A DNA stretch of 64,000 nt from NCBI GenBank assembly GCA_040954595.2, contig CM082595.2, positions 8,228,317-8,292,316 on the forward strand, in the 5' to 3' direction. The notes beneath the pieces were generated by a model. The model made no database searches. It was not told the origin of the DNA and saw only the letters and a list, made by a program, of their open reading frames with translations. The stretch comes from Balanoglossus misakiensis. Taxonomy: Eukaryota; Animalia; Hemichordata. The first letter of the stretch is position 1. The number at the start of each line of letters is the position of its first letter. Below, one piece after another: positions 49,401-62,860 of the stretch. The position numbers and the translations under genes are program-made.

Positions 49401-52301
49401 GTCGTCGCAGTATTTCGTCCTCAGGGATTACTGTATTCTGACGTTTTGGGAGCTGCTTTCCAATTTTGCTAATTTCAGATTCTATAATTTGTGATGGATC
49501 TCTTTCTTTTGTCATCTCTTCTCCTGCACCTAGACGTATCATGGCATTACCTATGATACCACCTGGACGCTTGGAGGAAGTTGTTTTCGTCACTCTCCGT
49601 ATTCGATTGAAAACTCGCTCCTGGTTTTCAGCATTTGTTGACCTCAGAGAAACCAATCTCAGTTGATCAGGTAGATGGACGGTGATGTTATGGAAATACC
49701 GCCCGAACATCTTTCGGTTGGTAAGTTTCTTTGGCTTCTCAAATACCCTTTTGCACAATATTCCATGCAAAAATACAGTGTTATACAATCGCAGAATCAG
49801 TCGTGGGCATCTGTCATTGTCATGTTTATAAGCAGTTTCGCTTATTTCAGCAAGCGTGTCAATAAGCTGACCATGCTCAGTATTTATGTTGTTCTCGTGA
49901 AGATACTGGGACACCAGAAGGATAACTTTGCGTGCATCGCATCCCCGAATTTCGTCTTTACCACCATATGTTGCCTGAATAAAGTTCTGTAACTTTACTG
50001 CTTCTTCTTTATCCTTGGTTTGTGCTGGAATTTCTTCTAACACATTGTGGATGTGTCCCTTCAGGTCATGGAGTGGCTCTGATGGCAAAATTTCATATGC
50101 AGAGCAGTTTATTTCAGCAAGATTATATTCTGGAGTGAGATGGAGCAGTGCTGGTACTCTCTGCATACCATGTAAAATTTCAGAGAGTTTAGATTGTAAG
50201 TCTGGCTTCTTTAATCCTTCAGTTTCTTCACCCCTAGCATCAAGCTCTCTCCTAAGGTCGGCCACTGTTAAGTTGGCAAATGGATGGGGAGTTTGCCGTG
50301 ACTTTTCTCTCCATATTGGGCTGCCCTTGATTAACAAGTTACGTTTCTCATCTATTGACAGATATTTCAGATGGTAACATGCAGACAGATCATCATGTCT
50401 TCTTGACTCTATTCCACAGATGCACTGGTAGTGACCTCCTTTCTGGTGCTAATCCTCAAACTCCTGTGCCGGTCCATCACCATGAAAAAATATCGGATGT
50501 TATTGGTCCTGTTGCACATTTTAGATCTTCTACTCTGGTTTCAACATATGACAGCTGATCAACGTCATTGGAGTTGGATCGTCCCATTATATATAGATGT
50601 GGCTTCTCAACAAGCGAGTCAACGTTTACTTTTTTTCCGTGTTTCTCCAAGTACTCCTCATTTGTCAGATATGTTGCCGCGTCGTATATCCAGCTCACCA
50701 TGAAGACAATGTGGGAATGGTTGCCTACAGTACTGTGGTCATGCCATATTTTGAAGTGCCGTGAGTGATGTAGTCTTTTTAATTTACTGCGCATTTCATC
50801 GATGGTTTCTCCTTCTTTCAACTCGTGTATTCTTTGTAGCTCATCCCTTATTTCTTTTTCTTCTAGGTTTTGGTAATGACCGTCGTCATACCCATAAACA
50901 TTGCTTCTCAGAACACCAAGCTTAATTTGTCTGTCAAGCTCTCGTTTTCGGATTGTCTGTAAGTTTATTTTTCTAGCGTAGATTGTATAAGTTTCTTCTT
51001 TTAATTTGCCATCTTTTCCAATGGTCATCTTTTGGAACTCTTTTGGTGCTATTAATTCACCGATGTCGATTTCGCCACTTCTTATTTTTGTTTTCAATAT
51101 TTCTTGCAGGGCTCTTGCTGGTCGGTGTTGAGGAAGTGACACCTCCCCCAAGACCTTTCAATGTTTTACGGTGTACTCTTCTGACAAAATCTCGACCTTG
51201 AACCTCCTTATTGATATTGAACTTGTCAGTGTCGATGCCAGCTGAGGTTGCGTACTCTTTCAGTATTTGGCCACCATTTGCAGCTGTTAGCCCGTACTTT
51301 CTCGCAAGGCTACTCCAGTTGACCTTGCCAGCATCATAATTGGAAAGTTCACTTACAAATGAGCTTTTGTCCCATTCAACAGACTCTGTTTTTACAACAT
51401 GGTCTTTTGGTGTCAGCTTGTTGAGGGATTCTAGTTGTAGACGGCGATTTACTCGCTTCTTGGCAGAATCGGTAGACTCAAAGTCAACAGACCGTCAACA
51501 TGATTCGTAGCAAGCAAATGACTGACCGGATCCTAGGATTGTTTTTAAATCTCCGTCATTTTTAGCGTGGGATTTTTCGATGCTTTGCTTGACATTAGTA
51601 TAAAGTGCTCGTCTGTCTTTCTTTTTCTGTTCTTTGCTGATTTTTGTCTGTAGCTTGAACCCCGGAACTTTGAGAAGCGCTTCACTGAAAGGTGTTGAGT
51701 ACACTTTATTGTATGACTCCTCTACTCGCTGATATAGCTGTCCGGCAGTTCTTACGGCAGATTTAAGAGGGACAGTCAGCTTTGTCTCATGTGGATTTTG
51801 TAGTTGTTGCATCTCTCCCATTGCATCTTCAATTACCTCAACAGTCGAGAAGGGAAGACTTTTGATATGTTTCTGATAGTACTTGTTCAAAAGCAGAACA
51901 TCAACATTGCTACTTTGGCACTCTTGACAGTCAAGTGCTGTGTGTAGGATTTGCCTTGATAAAGACAGTTTTTGCCAACTAGTTGCAGAAAAATGCTGTA
52001 GAAATACTGACATTTTTCCTGGAATTCAACCATTGAACTGAAGCACTTAGTGTTTTCTCAAATCGTGGCAGTTTAAATTTAAACTGGTAACTTGCATATT
52101 TCTGCTGTTAGCCATGATATCCTGATATTTGGCATACCTTTGTCCAATGGATATGTTGTAAACAGGCATAAATCTTGATGTATTTTCAGCCTTTTCCTGA
52201 GTAGACTTTTCGGAATTAGAAAGCTCTTTTGTTGCTCTTGCAGCTATGGCCATAAAATAACCACAAAATGCCATGATGACATGCCAACTGAACAAGTGCA
52301 T
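46450..52301 (-). pseudogene. Decayed RAG1-core/Transib-like DDE transposase with a SAP-like motif
   Basis: One long frame broken by stops and frameshifts: IWHDHS, FFHGDGPA, GGHYQCIC, SAP-like LTVADLRRELDARG...KKPDLQ, EPLHDLKGH, YFHNITVH, NAENQERVF. Probable further exons near 48490-48310, 47910-47520 and 46745-46450. Confidence 0.6.
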
Positions 52302-55300
52302 ACCTCCAAATAACAGCTGAAGGGATCATCTGCTGCAATTTGAATATGGCGCCAATTTTACATGAACGAAGGAAAAGTTGAACTTTGACCTTTCAAGACG
52401 CACTATTTTGATGGGGTAAAATGAAAACCATGTACTCACCAGATTGAAGTTGAAATAAAGGTTTATTTCCCTCATATAATGTTGTCATGGCTTGTTAAAT
52501 AAGTGAATGAGTGACAGTAATTACTACTTGTGGCTAAAAATCATCCCAAACTGATTGGGAATTATGTATGTTCACGATTTTCTGAACTGTAGCGACACTA
52601 AAATGATCTTGAACGCGGGCGGGCGCTAATGGTAGCGTCCATGTCAGTTGCTAGGATACGCGTATACGATCAGCTGATTTTACCCACAATGCATCACGCC
52701 AACTAAGGCATTACGTAATGGCACCCCTGGACGAGCGTCCCAGGGTAAGGATAATTTACGAGGCGGAAAATACGAAAAATCCACCGCTAAACAGCTTTAT
52801 TTTCTGACACCTCTGGTCGTAATCGAAGGTTAACATGTTCGCCCATTTCAAGATTACGATACTGTGTTTGAAAACGAAGTTAATGATTCAGCATAACCCT
52901 ATAAATGTTGGAATTTTGGCTGCCGGTCAATGGGTAGTCGATAATCTACATCGTCAAAATATTATGGCAGCGAAATACACTACAGTATGAGTCCTATCAG
53001 AGAAAGCTGACGGGTCATAAGGTGAAACTAAAAAATAATAATGGGATTGTGAGCATCTAGCGGTGGATTTTTGGCCTTCTTTTAAGAATATCATTTTCGA
53101 CCCCCAAAATGCCACTATTTGTCACATGATAATAGTTTTGGAGGTTTTCTCGGAAATGTCTCATTTTATTTGCTTGTCTTGAACATGAATTACATCAACT
53201 GATTGGCTGGTGTGGTTACAATTGTTTATTATGCTCGATTAACGTATTCAGTCTGTCGATAGAGGGCGCCCACGCCTTAACGTACACGAGAATGGCGTTC
53301 CACCGGAAGTATCACCATGGTTGCCTACTTACTTCACAATTTCATTTTTATAGATCGATCGCCAAAAATTGAGATTATTCGAATTATTTTATACGTAATC
53401 ATAATTTACGCGTACAAGTGTCGTTTGTTGTTCCGAACGTATGTTCCACACGTATGCCACGTCACGTGACAAGGACGTTAGCCAATCACATGGAGCAACA
53501 TCTGCATGATACTATCGAATCAGAGCGCGAGCTCAAACGGATTAGGAGAGACATCTTGACCGCGTCTCTGAAAAGCCAAAGGTCATTGTTTAAATGATAA
53601 AAAGTATTTAGCAAAGTTCACATCAAAATAGAGGAAAAATATGCACCTATCTATTATGTTGTTGATTGATTCATTCCAAGGTGTACATTAAGAACTGTCC
53701 CTCATTTGACTTAATAATCCAAATTACACAAACAATAAACGCATAAATTTTATTGTTATTAATGAAAATACTGGTAGAGTTGATAAGCTGAATACTGGAC
53801 ATTTAAGCATATCTCAATTTGCAAATATAGAACTGGAAGTGAACATAGTATCAATACCCAAACAACATGAAAATCACGCACCCTTTTTTAAAACTCTAGA
53901 CCAAGGTAAAATAATTGCCTGAACATTTTTCATCAGATCCCTTCTATATTTCCAAACACTTCTTGAACACACATCCAAAATCCAATGGTCACATAATCTA
54001 ATCCAAACACACCCTTCAAATAAATCTATGTCATATAATCCAATCAAAGCACATATTTCAAATACATTTACATCCAACAATTGCGGAATTGGAAAATGTG
54101 GAATTGAAAGTCTCTAGAGCTGCCACTTTTTAGCATTAATTTCCAACTTAAATTAGTCCATCTAAAAAAGCTTACTTAGGTATACATGAACACCTTATCG
54201 ATGCCCGATTATGACTGCATGTTGCAATTTGAACACTTTTGTATTAAAACGGTGCCGCACCTATTTCATCAGCCTCCATACAAACAGTACGCAGCTATCG
54301 TGGTTTGCGTCGCCAAAAGATGACAAACTGATGCAAATGCAAGTAATATGGCTTAAGTTGAGGATTTAGAGGATAGGGAATATATTTGAAGTATTTTATT
54401 GTTGAAAAATGTGAAATTTGGCAGCTATACAGGCTTTAATAGACAGGCATTGAAATGACTTTACAAACAAATTTTTCTTGAATGTTTAAGACAGACAGAA
54501 TCAACCCACAGTCAGCCTCAAATATATAAACTATTACAAAATGTTAATTAAATGGAAAATTTTGAAAAAATTTGCTTGGCCACTCATTTGATTGCATTTT
54601 TTCCATTTCATATTTTAGGCATGGTATATCAATATAATTTGTTGTGTTGTGTATATATTATGCTTGAAAACCAATTGACGGAAATATTAATTTAGAATAA
54701 TGGTTATATTTTGAGAAATCACAAAGATTTCTACATCACTCCCACATCATTGGTTGCTTAGCAACAGACATTCACCCTCCAAGCAAATTAATATCCTTTG
54801 AGAAGTATCATGTGGAGAGGATCATGCAGTCACATAATCTTTGATTTGTACCATCCACCATTTCATTGTAGGCTTTATCATAAAGGTGTTGTTTGGATTT
54901 CTGGCAGTTTGTAAGGTGATATGAGAAATGCATTCCTTTCTGGCAAAAGACAACAACGTGTACTGCAAATTAATAGCTGGAATCATGATGATAATGATGA
55001 TGATAATAAATATTATTTTTTTAAAAACAATATTTTGAAAATAACTGTAAAAGAGATCGCCCACCGTCTCTCTCATATACAGGAGTGACGTCGTAAAGAC
55101 ACACAGCTCTGCCCAGCATAGCTCTGGACTTATACGCTGTTTGGGTCAACGCTGCTCTCCCTCCCCACAGCTATGGAGCCATCCATAGGAAAATCCGTTG
55201 GGTGCGGAGCAAAATGATACGCACCGATTTTCAAACAATAAACTACATGAACATGTACATAATGTTGTCAGAAATAAAGATCGAACGAAAATTTCACAAA

Positions 55301-55644
55301 TGGGAACCTACTTGACGTGTTTGTCGCCGAATCGTAAACGTCGTTAATGCAGCGCCGTAAAACTGGTGACCCTCCCATACAAACATGGACGTTCGCCTTC
55401 ATTTAAGTCATGTGATCAACACGTGACACGTGTTTTACTATGCCAAGCAGAGCTACATGGTGCCTGCAATCTGCATGTGGCTAAAACGGCACATATTCTA
55501 AGTTGTGCGTTTAATGTATCAGTAGAACAATACCTTCATTTTGCAGCTGTGTTGTTTTCATGTTCGCGGAAAACTTCTTTGCCACCATCGGTTTAAAACT
55601 ATGAAAGCCAGTTGGGGACATGTACATACGCAATAAATAAAAAA

Positions 55645-55930
55645 TTATCTCGAGATCTCGAGATAATTCCATTTGTTTTCCTGACTTTTTATTTTTTTAT
55701 CTCGAGATCTCGAGATAATTCAAGTTCGTTTTCCTGACTTTTTATTTGTATATCTCGAGATCTCGAGATAATTCCATTCGTTTTCCCGACTTTTTATTTT
55801 TTTATCTCGAGATCTCGAGATAATTCAAGTTCGTTTTCCTGACTTTTTATTTTTTTATCTCGAGATCTCGAGATAATGCTATTCGTTTTCCCGACTTTTT
55901 ATTTTTTTATCTCGAGATCTCGAGATAATT
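55645..55930. repeat. Subterminal ~54-bp repeats carrying the palindrome TTATCTCGAGATCTCGAGATAA (6 copies left, 2 at 63294-63367)
   Basis: Read directly from the sequence. Likely transposase-binding sites (inference). Confidence 0.9.
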
Positions 55931-56367
55931 CTCTCGAAAGAGGGTGGTGTGTTGGTAGGGAGACTGTCCAGAGAGGACCATGCATCGATATCGGTCCAGA
56001 GAGGGACATGCATCGATATCGGTACGGAGAATTGGCAAGCAAGCACTCAGTGTATTCAATGGTAGGAGTGATCGTCGGTTTCAGAGCTGCATGCTGCATC
56101 GTATCATCAGACTGAGTGCATGAGTCTTGGTAATTAGTTGACATTTCAACTTCGTAATATTTATAATTACTAGTTATACGTACTGGGACAAATTACCGAA
56201 GTCTTGGCCTGAGATTACTTTCCAAGTTGGCAAGAAAACTGACTCAGTGGTAAAGTTACTAAACAATTGGTTTCAATATTATACTTTATTCATTATCATT
56301 ATACGATAATTCCTTTTATCTAATGCGACAATTAACATTCCTCCTCTATCGAACAGATAACGTCACC

Positions 56368-58335
56368 ATGGAAAGAGATGATATAATCCGTATCTATTTC
56401 AACATGGGCTTCAACTACAGTGAAATCCTGGCTACTTTAGCTGTCAATCATAACGTTGTCATTAGTATGCGTCATCTTAAAAGATTACTGAAGAAACTCG
56501 GACTTTTCAGACGGAAGTACCATTCAGACATCAATGAGGTAATAACATTTCTGAGAGAAGAGGTTGACAAATCTGGAAGACTCCACGGCTATCGGTGGAT
56601 GCATTTAAAGTGTGTCCAGAGAGGATTGGTTATCGACAGGGAGAGTGTGCGGTTGTTACTCCAGATCATTGACCCCATAGGTGTGGAATTAAGAAAGAGA
56701 CGTCGTCTACGCCGTCGCCAGTATAGGTCTCCTGGGCCGAACTATATGTGGCACCTAGATTCGTATGACAAACTTTCCCCTTACGGAATAGCAATCAATG
56801 GGTGTATAGACGGGTTTTCCAGGCGTGTAATTTGGGCTCAAGCTTATCACACCAACAGTGATCCGAAGATTATAGCAGGGTACTTCATCAAAGAAGTTGA
56901 AAGTCTGAAATCTTGCCCCCAAAACATGCGAGCGGATAGAGGCACAGAAAATGGACATGTTGAACAGTTCCAGAAGTTTCTAACAAATGATGACAACTGC
57001 TTTTATTATGGCAGCAGTCAACTCAACCAACGCATAGAACGATGGTGGGGTACATTTTGCCAACACTGTGGACAGTTTTGGTTGGATCTTTTCTACAAAC
57101 TAAAGGATGATGGAGTCTTCAGTGGTGATTATCTTGATAAAGATCTGGTCAGATTTTGCTTCCTGAAAATGATACAGGTAAGAAGAAGAATTTGGGACTT
57201 AAAAAATAATTGTCTTTCCTCAATCTGTTACACTATCACTTATACTGTATATACTTTAAATACTTATACAGAAAATATTGCTAGGATTGATATTATATAG
57301 TGAAAACGTACAATACAATAAAATATAAGAAGTCCCATGTATAAACTGACTAACAATAACCCTACGCTCTTCCAAATGGGAGGAGTATAAAAAAGAACGT
57401 TTTTATGTATTGAAAAGAAAGGACTGCTCACATATTTTGGTTTAAACCTTCAAATACAAAGTAAAAAAGGCTTAAAATGTGCTGTACATGTGTTGATATG
57501 TATCATGATGAACAAAAATCATAACCTGCAATGCATTGTGTGTGTGATTAAAGACTGTCCTTGTCTTCTCTTTCCAATTGTCCATTTTATGCACCTCTAT
57601 CCTGCATGCATATGTTGGACAACATTTTAGACTTTCCACTCCTTCGACAAATACCTTACTATTAATCTCGGATCGAATACTGTTGGTGTGATAAGCCTCA
57701 TCATAAATTACACGCCAGCTGGTAAACCCGTCTATACACCAATTGATAATCTAATATATGTAAATTGTTATAATTATAATATTTGTAATTTTATTCCGTT
57801 TGTTTGGTTATATTTCACTACAATAAATTAATTTTAGGTGTACCTTCCCGTCTGAAGAGTTCATGTAGATGAGGTGTCACCATGTATGTATCTTTTAGAT
57901 ATCCTATAGTACCTAGGGACTATGTTTAACTGATGCATGTATTAAACTGCTAACATTGAACTTCCTCATACATTTTGTGCCTGTCATTTTATAATTCAGG
58001 ATGAACTGGATGATGCTGTAATGGAATGGAATTGTCACAGGATCAGTCGTTCACGTAACGCAGTCTCTCCCATCGGGCGACCTCACATGATGTTCTTTGT
58101 CCCGGAGATGTATGGAGGTCATGATTTCGGATCAACTGTTTCTCAGGAACAGATTAACACATGCCGAGAGGAATGTGTGTTCAAAGGAGCGTGCCCCTGT
58201 GATGAAGATTTATTCGAGTACTGTGTCTCATACATGGTCGACAACAATATGCATTTACCTTCTGACCCATATTCTGCTGTGGAATTGTACGTGAATCTCC
58301 GAAATTCTATAAAATATGAATCCTTATCGGACTAG
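56368..58335 (+). CDS. IS3/integrase-core DDE transposase, join(56368..57177,58000..58335), 381 aa
   Basis: Motifs WHLDSYDKL, RADRGTEN and NQRIERWW. Donor CAG|GTAAGA and acceptor TTCAG|GAT join in phase. No internal stops. Confidence 0.9.
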
Positions 58336-58857
58336 CAAGACCTTACTGTAAAAGGAAATTATTATACATCACCCAAACAACAACAACAATGTCACTTCCA
58401 TGCAAGGAACTGGATGAATTAAAGCAAGATATTTGTCAACACAACAAAGTTTTATTAACTTTCAGAACATAATGACAATATTGTTCATCTTCAACACTGA
58501 AGTAATATGAAACTATGGCACAGACTTTGTGTTAATGTTAGATCTAATTCTGTAAAGTATAATACTGTCACCGCAAATAAAAGCTGAAATACAACAACTT
58601 TGTGGCTCAACTGTTTGCACCTTAAAACCACATGATGCCCAGGCTTGGTTGTAGATGTAAATATGTAAACAAACAAACAAACATGTTAATAAAGAAACTA
58701 AGTATACAGACGATAAGTGACAAGTAAAGCACTGATCTTCTTTGGTAGAGTGGAACAGAGACTACTCCTAGTTGTTTGTTTACATTATATCTACACCAAT
58801 AACCAAGCCTGGTCATCCTGTGCTTTAACCATTATGTCACACACTGTGTCACATAGT

Positions 58858-58998
58858 AACTGAATAAGTAACTGAATAACTCCCCACAACAGGCTGAATA
58901 AGTAACTGAATAACTCCCCACAACAGGCTGAATAAGTAACTGAATAACTCCCCACAACAGGCTGAATAAGTAACTGAATAACTCCCCACAACAGGCTG
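58858..58998. repeat. 34-bp minisatellite (~4 copies)
   Basis: Unit CTGAATAAGTAACTGAATAACTCCCCACAACAGG. Confidence 0.9.
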
Positions 58999-59386
58999 CA
59001 ATAACACATCAAGTATTTAGCTTCTCCATATATTAGATAATTTGTGTAAACATTTAACGTAATCAATGATAAAACAATTTGTAGGAAATATGACAGTAAA
59101 TGGCAACTGTATGAACATTTAAAGAAAACACTGAAAATAGTGCAAAGTTACAGGCGCATCCCTTAATGAATCCACATAAATTCACCTCTTCCATGCAGCA
59201 AAGAGGTGACTTCTGACACGTCAGGTTCATCATTGACATAATCATTACTTTGCATACCAAGTGACTTTACACAAGTATTCCCTGTATTCTTTATATCAAT
59301 GTAAGCCAAACACAACAATATTGTCCCTTTAATTCATGTAATAACTCACCATTGCTGTTCTACCAATGGAAACAATATCAATGGTC

Positions 59387-61896
59387 TCAAATAATATCCA
59401 TGTCCCAAAAACCACTGTTCAAAACTGCATTGAACTCACTTCTGAATTCTACGAAGTTGGCATATGACAATGGCAGTTCAAGCACATTGCCACATGTGTG
59501 AGCAACTGGACGACGTTGTAAACCATCAAGTTTAACAAATGACACTTGAATCGGCTCTGCTGTCATTATGTCACAACCAGTGCAATATCTCAGGAACTTC
59601 TTTAGAGTACTTTGTTCAAGTTCACGGATGTATCGTTTTAAGTGATTAGCAACAGCCCTCTCATCATTATTCAAGCATTCGGCGATTTGAAGATGTTGTA
59701 GGACTTTCTTTGTTGTTGGTTTCTTGTCATTATACAGTCTATCCAAGTTCTCTTTGCCAATTTGTTTGCCTAATGGCTGTAAGATTGGTCGCCAACTATC
59801 AATGACAAACATTGGCTCTTGTACTATCTCTTTATGCGCTATTTCGTGCAGAATGGATCCAATGTTTTCTTTGGTTGGCAGTCTTTTACAGTCATGTCGG
59901 TCTAACACTTCAATTAACTCATCTTCTTCTACTTCTTGGAAGTTCTTCATTGCAGCTTCAAATACTTCACGGTCCGATTCAGACAGGAAGTGATAATACA
60001 CTTGAAGTAGACTTGCCTCTTCACACTTCTGGTCTCCAAACATTACTTCTTCCATGAATGGCTTTGCAAACTCAATAGGGAAGTAATCCATTTCCTTCCA
60101 ACCCTTCATGATTATTCTTGCTACAGCTTCCCATTTTTCTCTTGGGTAATCATGCCTAATGAATGGCACCCGGCAATTCTTTCCAACTGTGCAACATTCA
60201 TAGAACTCGGACCAAAAACTTGTAAAACAGTCTCTCACAACTCCACTACCACTACCACGCTCAATATTACCTCCTGGCATAACCATGGCCACATTGATAG
60301 GACATGCCATAATCTTTGGATCTGAGAATTCTGAAATCATGTCATTCAAAACATCACTCCTGTGTATTACAAGTGTTCTAGTCTCCACTGGGTCTTGATC
60401 TTCACTGATATGACTGGTAGTGTCTTGGGGCTGGGATTGGCTAACAGGTTCATCATTTTCAAAGAACGGCAATGTAGAATCAAGGCTTTCTGCTGAGTTA
60501 CTATTGGAACCCCGTGATCCAAACTGAACAATGTTTGAATCATTATCACTAATCACCAGTGGTTCTGCATCAGAATCGACTGTCTCTAATGTGACTTCAG
60601 AACCTACGTCAGGGATGGGTTCAGACTGGAATCTGCTACAACTGGGCATACCATGATCATGGTGAACTGTATCTAGGATATGCTTATTGTGGTTTCCTGC
60701 ACTTGGTACACCTGCATCATTGCTCTCATCAGACAACATATCAATAGATTCCTGTGGAAGAGCTTGTGACTCTCCCTTGCTTGCTTGTCTCGTCTTTGCC
60801 GGTGGAACTGGCACATGCCTATCAAGTCCTGGATCAGGTAGATCAGCATCACTGCTGTCATCTGACAATGACACTGATTCTAATTGTGACTGCTTACTTG
60901 TTTGTCTGCTCTTCTTTTTAGGTTTCACTACCTGTTCACAGTCTTTTCTCTTTGTCATAATGTAGAAGCGGAGCATTCTAAATCCAGTTACTTCATACAA
61001 TTCGCCAACGGTGCTTGTTTCATCAATTGTTCTTTCTCCTGAATCTCTTATGTCAACGTGATAACTGTCCATGTCTCCTCGCTGTGATACGCCGTTGGGG
61101 AAAAACAAATCTTTTCCTGTAGTCAGGAGATCAGCTTTCGTGCTCGACTTACTTACTGATATACACCTTGTTCCACCACCTTTTCTGGCTCGAACTTGCT
61201 TGTATTCTTTTTCAATGAAATCAAAATCAAGCCATCCTATTTCAATTTTCCGCTTTATTTTTGCTGCATGTGTATTACCAAATGGTCTTGGTCTAGTTGA
61301 GGCTTGTCCACGATTACCTTTACTTGATTCTCCCTTGTCATCTGATACACTATTCTGCTTTCCATTTCGAAGGCTAAATTTTTGTCTTATTTTTTTCAGT
61401 AGTTCTGACTTCCTGCTCTCTCTGTCTGGAACAGTACAAAATAATCTGCGAGAGAAGTCCACAGCAGCAACTCTGTCCCCATAAGATGTCAAATACTTAG
61501 ATAACATCTCATCATCCATTAAGAGGATCACCGATGGATCAATCTGAAAATCAATTTAAAGCACATGGAATCTTAGTGCATGCATATGGGCAGAGGGTGC
61601 GGGGGGTCTCGCTAAATACATACATACATACATACATACATACATACATACATACATACATACATACATACATACATACATACATACGGGTACATACATA
61701 CAAACAAACAAACAAACAAAGATGGAAAGACTGTCAATGAATATTTTTCCACCTACTAGCCTTAAAGCTCATTTAGCCATATTTACATATATGCAACAAG
61801 AACTAATAAAAAATTTACCTTTTCCTGTTCAAGTCTGTCAATTTCCTCTTCAGGCACTCTGCGTCGTCTAAGAAATTCATATAGTTTTTCTGCCAT
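59387..61896 (-). CDS. HECT-domain E3 ubiquitin ligase, complement(join(59387..61543,61819..61896)), ~744 aa
   Basis: HECT motifs GSGVVRDCF and FLRYCTG, with catalytic RRPVAHTCGNVLELP near the C-terminus. Upstream coding exon MAEKLYEFLRRRRVPEEEIDRLEQEK splices in phase 0. Confidence 0.88.
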
Positions 61897-62797
61897 TTTG
61901 TCTGATCTGTTTGCTTAAGTAATATTTTTCTGTAAGGAAAATCAACAACAGTTAAATCAAAACTGATGTACCTAAAGACAAGCATGAAATAATGCATCAA
62001 CTTGATTTTTATGAACAGTTTGGGAAAGTTGAGAATATTATCTCAGAAGGAAAAACTATCTACTTTCTCACCTTGAATAAAGTTGATATTTCACCAAAAA
62101 TTACAGTGAAGCAAGAATTTTGTTCAGAATTTTTGATGAGGAAACTTCTCAATTGTCAACATACATACATACATACATACATACATACATACATGCATAC
62201 ATACATACATACATACATACATACATACATACATACATACATACATACAATTTAAAATAATTTAGGGAGTGATTAAGACTTCAACTTGGACTCTATTGAT
62301 AATAATATAACACTTTGTAATAAATGCCATCGGTGCTTAAATCTTCAATATTAAATCAAGTCAATCAATGTGCACAAACATTACACACACACTCATTAAT
62401 ACATAGAGACAGACACATACACACACACACACACATACACACACACACACAGTTCCTATTTTGCTTTAATTTTTTTGTTTGAAACTTTCATATCAACTGA
62501 AGAGTTGTTGACGTTTGACCTTGGATGTACTGAGGTCACCATGCACACTAACATTTGTCTGTGTCATAATCACAGACTGAAGCAAAGTAAAATAAATCAC
62601 AGCAGCTGTACTGATGTTAACATTGCATTGTTTAATATTCAAGATCAAGTTAAAGTGCATTTATTTATTGGAAGAATCCAGTTATGGCAACTTGATCCTA
62701 GGCGATGTAACTATCCGCCCCACACACAAGTTGAATCATGTATGATATATGTTTCAAACAGCGCGGCATAAGGCCAGAGTTAGCCTCAAGTTGTGAT

Positions 62798-62858
<61 letters not shown>
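61617..62858. repeat. Microsatellites: (TACA)n ~61617-61688 and ~62161-62248, (CA)n ~62417-62451, (TA)n ~62801-62858
   Basis: Read directly from the sequence. Confidence 0.95.

Positions 62859-62860
<2 letters not shown>

Noticed and set aside
52776-53072. 15-bp inverted repeat AAAAATCCACCGCTA as a possible end of the RAG1-like element
   Set aside because: Both arms lie on one side of the gene and no matching terminus was found downstream.
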